From Octopus vulgaris (taxonomy: Eukaryota), in contig OX597824.1 in assembly GCA_951406725.2 (NCBI GenBank), positions 92,256,001 through 92,320,000 on the forward strand: a DNA stretch of 64,000 bases, given 5' to 3'. The position numbers were made by a program, and so were the translations under genes. Position 1 is the stretch's first letter; every line of letters begins with the position of its first letter. Shown here piece by piece: positions 54,266-64,000 of the stretch. The notes under the pieces were generated by a model. It saw nothing but the letters and a program-made list of their open reading frames with translations. It was not told the origin of the DNA and did no database searches.

Positions 54266-55286
54266 CATACATACATACATACACACACTTGCACGCCCGC
54301 ATAATCACGCACACGCACACACACACACACGCACAAACACACACACACGCACAAACACACACACACACGCATATATAATTTTTTAGTCGAAAGTGAAATT
54401 CCTAAATTTTCCATTTTTCCTTGTTTGTATATGTACCACACATCTTGCACACACGTCACGTTTAAATATATGAGTATGCGATTGTGCATTTTTGAGTAAG
54501 TGTGTGTTTTTCAGTATGTGTGTGTGTGTGTATGTGTATGTGTGTGTATGAATGTGTGTGTTTGTCGTATGCTATTCACTCTTTGCATTCATCTAGTGTC
54601 TATCACGTGTCATCTAATCGAGATGTTTTCCGTAATGAACAGCTTCAGTACAGTTGAATCAATAATCTTTCTCTCAAGAGTCATATATTTAGTGCGATAA
54701 TGACCTCAGAGCGATCGTGTAGTATATTATGGAGAACGAATGAAAGGCTCACAAATTTTAAACTAGCGAACAATAAATATTTAAGTGTAGCACCATAGAA
54801 ATAAAACAACTTACAATAATGTATGCAGTCTGTCATGTAATGCATTTAGTCTGGCTTATCATGACCCTCGATATTACAAATTTCAAGTATTGATATATTA
54901 TCTATTAGTTTTACTTCGACAGAAGCTCCTATTTTCTTTAAACATGTTGGTATTAATGAAATCAACTAAACGCAAGTTAATTTATTGAACCTTGGAGCAG
55001 GGGAAAGAAATCGAGTAAGAAGTGTGTCGCAAAAGCTTTGCTACTCTTAATGCATTCTGTCAGGAAACACTAGAAATTTCACCAAAGCAATTATTTTAAA
55101 TGATATTTCGAAGACGTGGAGGTTTCGAGAAATGTGTGTGTTAATAGGCCTAGTTGATCACGTGTGACCCGAAGCTACACAACACTATTTAAATTGACTT
55201 CGCTAACGACAGCAGCAGCTAAACAATGGTATTCATTAGCATCGTATTTATGAAATTATGAAGGGTTGCTATATTATTGGCAAACG

Positions 55287-55601
55287 AGTGGCTGTAAGAT
55301 GAGAGAAACTTGCTTGATAAGCATATGGTTCCGGGTTCAGTCCCACTACGTGCGTAGCACCTTCGGCAAGTGTGCTCTAGTATAGCCACGGGCCGAACAA
55401 AGTCTTGTGAGTGGATTTGGTAGACGGAAACTGAAAGGAGTCAGTCGTACATATATATAAGTGTAGCATCTTGGTTCCGGGTTCAGTCCCACTACGTGCG
55501 TGGCATCTTGGGCAAGTGTCTTCTGCTATAGCCCCGGGCCGACCAATGCCTTGTGAGTGGATTTGGTAGACGGAAACTGAACGAAGCCTGTCGTATATAT
55601 G

Positions 55602-55634
<33 letters not shown>

Positions 55635-55812
55635 ATGTGTTTGTGTGTCTGTGTTTGTCCCGCTAGCATTGCTTGACAACCGATGCTGGTGTGTTTACGT
55701 CCCCGTCACTTAGCGGTTCGGCAAAAAGAGGCCGATAGAATAAGTACTAAAGGCGGTGCTCCAGCATGGCCGCAGTCAAATGATTGAAACAAGTAAGAGT
55801 AAGAGTAAGAGT
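55287..55812 (+). mobile_element. SINE family S1 with duplicated 5' half
   Basis: ggttccgggttcagtcccactacgtgcgt...gtagacggaaactgaa occurs twice, then (TA)n(TG)n, second body and (AAGAGT)3 tail. Confidence 0.9.
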
Positions 55813-57024
55813 ATATATGTGTGTGTATGTATATATATATGTATATATATATATACGCTTGTTGTCCGAAACTGTAACTTGTCTTCCGATGAATAGATAT
55901 TGATGAAATAAATATCAACTGCCGATTGAATCCCTCAGAAAAGAGTGCTTGCCCCTCTGCTTTGAAATTTGTAGAATACCGGACCAAAGAATATCCAGAC
56001 AGAGACGTCAAGCCGAACCAATAGACAAGAGACATAAAGAGAGACCGAGAACCAGATAGTTCGATGATACCCATTGTGACAGTTGGTAAGGCTTAGGAAT
56101 CAGGTCGGAACTCTAACAGTAAACAATGAAGGAGGTCCTTAAGGACTCTACTCCAAAAAACTTCACATGAATAATGAACGTAAAAGAATGTTGGATGGAT
56201 GGAAATATCTCTACCACGCATACATTTTCATTTCCCTTTAATCATTGACTTCTATGTTTTTATCGCCTGTCTCTTCCTGCTGCAACAGTAACATCTAAAA
56301 CTGACACACCATTTGGTTACGATGACAAGGTTACCATTTGATCCGGTCTACGAAACAATATGCTCGGGAAATTAACGTGCAAGTGGCTGAGCACTCCCCA
56401 GACACGTGTACCCTTAACGTGTACCCATAATGTGAGAAGGCTGGCCCTTTGAACTACAGTAACAACCATAGCATTCTTGCAAAAACACACACAGCAGTCT
56501 CAATTACTTTCGTCAATCATTCATGGTAATATAACAACCCTTCATAGATCCATACACACGATACTAATAACTATTATTCTTTTCTACTCGAGGCACAAGG
56601 CCCGAAATTCTGCGGGAGGGGTCAAACGATTCTGATGACAGGAAATGAAACAGATCATGAGAAAAGTTGGTGAGTTTGTAAAGATGACCCAGCGTGCAAT
56701 GGGACCATAGGAGTTGACCTGATGTGGACATGCACATGGATCAAATCGATATGGCACCAAAATACCTCGGCCAAGCAACATACCAACACAAGGCCAAAAG
56801 TAAGATCGTTAAAATTCAAGAAGGATATATGTATGTATTTGTATAAATGTATGTTATGTATTTATGTTTGTGTATATGTATATATACATGCATGACTGCG
56901 TACTATATGTGTGTGAGAGAGTGCCTGTATAATTTAAATGAATCATTTTATACCTGGTTTCAGAATAATATCATGGAATTTATTGAAGTAGAAAAGCGAT
57001 TACCGAAGGCTTAATGAAAGAAAT

Positions 57025-57056
<32 letters not shown>

Positions 57057-57439
57057 ACACACACACACATACACAAACACACACACACAAACACACACAC
57101 ACATGTATATTTAAATAAATGTACATGCACACGCATAAACACATACATACATTCATACAGAGATATGTGTGTCTGTGTTAGAGTATATATATGTGTGTGT
57201 ATGTGTGTGTGTGTGTTTTAGTTACAGGATTCACAAGAACCTAGGCATATTTGGCATATTATTAAAAATTGGACGTGAAGACTAGTAGGGTTCCATAGCA
57301 TTGAATACAAAGCATGTTAAAATATCCACTGGACATCATTTGTTCGTAGTTTCTCTTTAAAATATAACATTTAACTATTGATACTGAAACAGATGCAATT
57401 TAGAAGCACCAATAGTCCTCTCTCTTTCTTTATATACTT

Positions 57440-58051
57440 GCTGTGAGCTTTTGAACACTAGGCTATTGGAGTACCTGGTCCTGAATTTAGACGAAGTGGG
57501 TGCTACATTTGGTACAACACAATGATGGCCAGTTCTAGCGTTTGTATAACATTCAGTGCGAAGTTAGTTACTAGACCTTCTAGAATTTTCCATATGTAGC
57601 TTGTTGCATATTTTTCACGCCTCCGCTCCAAGAAGTAAAGTTGCAGATTTTTCACCTATTCTCGAAGCTCATCTGCTGCACTGTTTCAATATTTTTACTG
57701 TAATTGCATTGGATTGCTTCAAGCTCCACTGTTAGTTTGGCTCTATGTGGTGACCATCTCTGGGAATAGTAGTCCAGGCGGCTGAGAACAAAGGTTATCT
57801 ACAGGATTAACATGGCTTCTTGGTCTATTTGTCCTGAAGGACCTTAGTATCCAACCTGCGAGTTGTCTGTACATTGCTGCCATCTTCGGAATGTGCTTAT
57901 AAAATGATGCATCATTGCACATAGTGATCCCACTGTTTTTCACAGACTGTTACTCTCGGAGTGTAGTGCCTTCGGGTCCTGTAAATATAGATTGTACTGT
58001 ATTCGTGAGATGACAGTGCAGTGCTTGAAATTTTGCAGCATTAAACTGCAT
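57440..58051 (-). mobile_element. CR1/L2-group LINE ORF2 C-terminal fragment (pseudogene)
   Basis: MQFNAAKFQALH...SVKNSGITMCNDASFYKHI...AGWILRSFRT...VLSRLDYYSQRWSP...LEAIQ...LQLYFLERRREKY...WKILEG, with stops and frameshifts. Confidence 0.85.
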
Positions 58052-59500
58052 GTTTTTTATTTCACACAATGCGTATCCATCTTGCCTTTATCTTGAAAAT
58101 ACCTTCTTCCCAGAATTGAGGTGGTTTCATGGCAAAGAATTCATCAAGGTATCCAAAGAATTGAAACTTTTACAATTAAGACTATTCGGCAGAGACCTGA
58201 ATAAGTGGAAATCCGAAGGAACAATATCCGGTGAATATTGAGGGTGGGATAACACATCCCAGCCGAGCTGCAGCAAATTTTGTCTGGTTCCCAAAGCATT
58301 AAGTGCCGAAAATGAACTTTCTTATCTTCCATTTTAAAGGGTTACAGTATTAACACAGGTTATAGGAACATAAACCTCCTTCCACGAAAAGATAGCTTAA
58401 ACTGTGCTCTAAATGGAGGTGTAGTCAAATCCTATTTTATGGACTCAACCATATTCTAGAATAATTCGAAAGATAAGATATGGCATGAAAGGTAAGAAGA
58501 GCACAAACTTTTCGGGCATCCCAATACTTATGACTCCACAAAGAATATCAAATGCTAACTCAATCTCCACGAATACCACACAGCAAATTCTTATAAAAAT
58601 GCATGACAATTTTAATTTAGCAGGCTTAGTTGTATTTGTTGAGTGAAAACCTGGTTTAGCATAGTTGAAATAATCATCTTAATGTTATAGCCCCTGGGTG
58701 GTTACTGGCATGAGGTGAAACTAAATAAGAACAATAAAAACCAAAACAGGGGTAAAGGCATCATCACCAGCAACAACGGACGTCAAACCCATACACTCAC
58801 AAAAAAAAAAAAAAAACCCGCAGCGCAACAGGATAAAAAGTAAGGCCGTTAAGAACCAAATAGTAAGAACGAATATATATTCCCGAAATTGAGATGGAAG
58901 TATCTAGAATACGCCCACGTATAAATGACATAAATATAGAGAAAAGTAAATTTAATGTCGTCGTAAAGAATTTCTGTAAAAATTGTGTATATTTTCATAA
59001 AAAAAAATATTTATATTTCTGAATCGAGTATTTGAAAGCGATGAGGAGAACTTAATTATATCGATTCTAGAATTTGTTGTCTGTAAGAATTTATATCAAC
59101 ATATACAGAAATTTAGTTGCATTCTGGAAAGATTGCATTGCGTAAAATACGCTAAATAGTCTGTGACTTCTGGCGTTTTCACAATAAAATATTATGGGAG
59201 TGTATATACATTGAGATATAAGTCAGGGCTTTATGAATCGTATATAATAACATTTCTATATTTGATATGTATATATACATACATACATACACGCATACAC
59301 ACACATGCAAATATATGCGTTTGTGCGTGTGTAAAATAATTATACAAATATACATACATATATATGTATACATATATAATATATATATATTATAGTGTAT
59401 ATATCTGTACACATGCATTTATAATAACATGTGCATATAGATAAGCATGCACACAAAAATGTATATTTACACATATTTATGTATGCTCATATATATCTGT

Positions 59501-59563
<63 letters not shown>

Positions 59564-60252
59564 TTATGTATACAGATATATACTTATATATTTAGATTTA
59601 TACATACATGTATATATGTGCATATATATACATATATGTGGGTATATATATTTATACATACATATATACATATACATATATATACACACATACACATACC
59701 TGCACACGTAGACTTCTGTACATAGAATCATATGTAAGTATCTTAAAAATAAACCTAGCTCCAAAGCATAAAATATCCTTTCTGTCAATAATATAAATCG
59801 CAGCCTCAGGATTACGATTGCATTGGTTTCCAAAGCTGAATATATCATCGCATTCTACTGGCTGTCATCAATGATGCCAAGACAGCAGTTAATTCACACA
59901 GTTTTAAAAGTAAAGCATAATATATTACCATCTACCAAAGACATGCTGAAGAGGAAGGGAGATGCCAATACATCACATTACATGCATACACATCTACACC
60001 CATCCTTCCATCCATCCATCCATTCATACATACATACGTATATGCATACATACATACATACTGACAGATAGACAGATGTACAGGAATATGTATGTATATA
60101 CAGATTTCTATATAATACATTATATATACACACAGACACATATATATTTTTGTATAGATAGATATGTATATATGCATGCTTATACACATGAATATATACA
60201 TGTACAGACGTATACATATATGCATGTATGTGTGTATGTATATATATATATA

Positions 60253-60290
<38 letters not shown>

Positions 60291-60619
60291 GTCAAAAATT
60301 GTGAAGCATGACTGTCACCACTACTACACGAACCTGAAGATTGCAGAATTTAATGCATGAATGTACTAGTTCAATCAGAATCAGAATGAACATTTAACAT
60401 TCTATTATTTTATTTTGTTTTATTTTATTTTATTCATTATAAGATTGTAAATAAAACGTGAAAATCAGACAAGGTTGGAATTCCTTTTATTAATATATTC
60501 TTCTTTACACAATCACACACACCCGTATATATATCTATATATATATATACATATATGTATGTATATAAAATATATGATAGATAGATATAGATAGGGGGAC
60601 AGAAGGCAGTAGAGAGGGA

Positions 60620-60696
60620 GATAGATTGATAGATTGATAGATAGGTAGATAGATGTCTAGATAGACATATAGGCAGATAAATAGATAGATAGATAA

Positions 60697-60755
<59 letters not shown>
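60620..60755. repeat. (ATAG)n microsatellite
   Basis: Directly visible. Confidence 0.95.
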
Positions 60756-60757
<2 letters not shown>

Positions 60758-61471
60758 GCCAGGATCAAAAGAAAAATGGGTCTGATACCGTTTAATGGAG
60801 TTCAATGTTTGTCTTAACGGCTTCATTCTCATTTGTGTTACTTACAGTTCTCATTTGCGTTACTTGCAGTTTCTCACAAATCCAAGTGATCGATCGGACG
60901 CTTAATAATGAATAATGAGGCTTCCGCCGCTTGTAAATTATGCAGAGTTTTAGCAAATGATATGTAATGCCGAATCTGGTTGATGATGCTGGTGTTAATA
61001 GCAGGATGAGTACAGGCAACTATTAGACGATACATACGTGCATGACGGGTAGGAATCGACATTTTTAAACAAATTTCCGTGCGTTCACAACTTTTGCTTA
61101 AGTTGTATAATATTTACTGCCAACAACTAAAACTCTGAAGTTCGATTGATCCATTGATCCCACAAAATGTGTTATTGGTTTCTGGATGAAATGAAATATA
61201 TTACAACATATTTCGATATTGAAACCGCATCAATAAATTACAATCTCACCCGGATTTCCCATACTCCATACCGTTAATCTTGTATTCTTTTTCGCACACC
61301 CGGCTACCCCGGTTACCTTCCGCGGTGTATGAAAACACTTTTCTTCAGCTGATTGTTCTACGATAAAACAAAATTTTGTTCCTTAAAGGTTTTTTTTATA
61401 TTCATTACGGATTGCTTGAAGTTAACTTTCTTCCTACACCTCGATACCAGGATCTTACACACACACATACA

Positions 61472-61523
<52 letters not shown>

Positions 61524-61614
61524 ACCACACTCACATACACAAACTCACACGCACATGTGTGTTTGTGTGTATGTGTGTGTGTGTGCGTGCATTTATGTGT
61601 GACTGCATTTGTTT

Positions 61615-61684
<70 letters not shown>

Positions 61685-61809
61685 CTGTTATTCTATGTAC
61701 AGCAATGTATAAGTAAGCGACTTCTTTTCTTGTATGACGAATATAATTCATATTTTCTTTCAATATCTTTTTGATTTCTCTCACACACACAAATATGCAA
61801 ACGCAAATG

Positions 61810-61840
<31 letters not shown>

Positions 61841-64000
61841 TTACCCTTGTATTTACTCAATCACCTTCACAGGTGTATCCATATAAGTGTGGGCGTTTGT
61901 CTCTTCATATGCTAGAATAGGACAATATAAACATTTTTCCAAGTGCTTCGACATTTATATTCAATGAACAATGATAAGAGTTTGACCTTGAAACTAACTA
62001 GATTACTATCTTAATATTAGACGGACTCCATCCCTAATTTCTTAAAATTGATGTCAGTAAAGGAAAAAGGAAAATAAAAAGTTCATATCAGGTTCATGAT
62101 GAATTTCAATCTGAAGAGTCAGGCAAAATCCTCCATAATTTGAATTATAATTAATTAGCTTAATATGTAAGAATGTTGAGAGGAAAGAGTTTAATCATCG
62201 GCATGTACTGGTGCCATTTGAAGGCCGTTTCATTTCAATAATCATTGAAGTTCGTTTGAGTTCCATTCACTTTCTCAAACGTAGCATAGAAACAATTTCG
62301 CGATTCGTATGTCTTAATGTGTCAAAGGTGAATAGAAGCGCTGCATTAATCCGTTAATACGTTCTTTGGAATATGGGCAATAATTTCATTGTCAAGTATA
62401 TCACAGAGAATACTGAATTATCCTTGGTGATAATTATTCAAAGAAGACGTATTCATAATGATTAAGAAGAGGATCCATGGAGGATTTTTGATCCATATAT
62501 AATAATATTGATAGGAAACCTCCAGTAGGATCTGTGGTATTGTGTTTAAGCATTGTTCTGTTACAGCTCATCTATAAAGGCCTCTCGGTTACCTTCAAGT
62601 TTTTAATATTCATTGTGAATATCCTTCGTTAGCAAGGGGTTACTTTCGTATGAGAAATTTTAAGTAGTTGATATGATTGGTAATATTATGCGATTTATGT
62701 TTATGAATACGTGCAAGAGGAAATGTAAAAGGGACTTCATGTGGATTTGAATCAAAGGAAATGCCAGCCAAAATTATGCACTCTATGAAAATTACAGGAT
62801 TCCATGCACAAGGAATTGTAGAGCTCCACATTGCTTCAAAATGGAAAACCCATGACATTTGTAACAGGAATATATTGTTCTTCTTTAACAGACTTGATAT
62901 ATCCGCAAAAAAACTTATTTGATGATTCCAGCTGTCTCTATGAGAAGGCGCTAAGGGCTATATATTTGACACATACTGAAAATATCAAGTGCAGATAATG
63001 TTTTGGGTGTGCGCATTAAGAGTACAAACGAATTTCTAATTTTGTTAGAATGCTAGTAAGTTTGAGAGGAGGATAAAATATATTGTATCGACCCCAGTCA
63101 TCAACTGGTAATTATTTCATCTGATCTGAAAGAGTGGAAAGCAAAGTTGATCTTTGTGACATTTGAACGCGGAACGTAAGTAGCGGGATTAAATGATACT
63201 AAGCATAGTTACGAAATAGTAAGGACTTATAATAGCCATGATGAGAGAAACAATGTACATATATTCCGAAAAGATTTGTAAATATTTTGCGACCAAGTTT
63301 ATGCAGAGCTTACAATTCATACTCTAAGAGGAGAGAGAAAGTCCAATCTTTGACATACGTTGGGAATAATTTTCGCGTATGACAATCAGCTTCAATGTGG
63401 TGAATACAGGTGAAAATTGAAATGAGGACTATTCGGAGAAAAAGATTAAATAAGATGTTGTTGGAGACATGCGAAACGGTAAAACGAGGATGGGACTAAA
63501 AATTAAACTAACTGGTATTATGGTAAGGTAAGACTTTGCTTAATTGTTTTGATAAAAAGTCAAAAGAAAACCATGCGTTGCAATTTATATTGTAGTAACA
63601 TTTATAATATGAAGAAGAATTCAACATATTGTCCGATGGACGTTAGTGGTCAGCATGTATCCGATTGTGCATAGACATATATATGTGTGTGTATACATAT
63701 ATATATTCATATTCATATGTGTATGCGTGTGCGTGTGAGTTTGTATGTGCATATGTGAGCGTGTATCTATGTATATGTATACGTATAATCGCATGTAGAG
63801 ATAGGCACAAAATATGTGCATATATATATATATATATATACATATGCATATTCATGTGTATGTGTTTACGTGTGAGTTTGTGTGCGCATATACTAATATC
63901 ATGCATGTATACATTTAATTTCGTGTGTCACATAGCTAGCCTGAGGGGATGGCCTCTTGGAGCTAATCAACGGCAGCATTCGTCCTATATTGCTGGACTG

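Overview
AT-rich eukaryotic non-coding DNA (intergenic or a large intron). It is saturated with (TA)n, (AAT)n, (TAG)n, (ATCT)n and (CA)n microsatellites and with decayed mobile elements. The repeat content most resembles an octopus (coleoid cephalopod) genome; this is inference from pattern recognition, not a database result. I found no host protein-coding gene, and nearly all ORFs in the supplied track are microsatellite artefacts. Recognisable content: several tRNA-derived SINE families; R4/Dong-clade retrotransposon fragments at (AAT)n tracts; CR1/L2-group LINE fragments; mariner fragments; a Tigger/pogo-type MITE; and a non-autonomous Helitron nested in a Dong element. The most striking signal is a set of short ORF-less elements, mostly embedded in (TA)n tracts, that carry type-I hammerhead ribozyme folds. 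One is a complete fold (23356-23406), one has a long stem II (48252-48343), and several are minimal folds with variant cores. Two of these elements show the inverted (and, in one case, tandem) architecture typical of Penelope-like element or retrozyme insertions. Coordinates were counted by eye and element ends may be off by a few bases.
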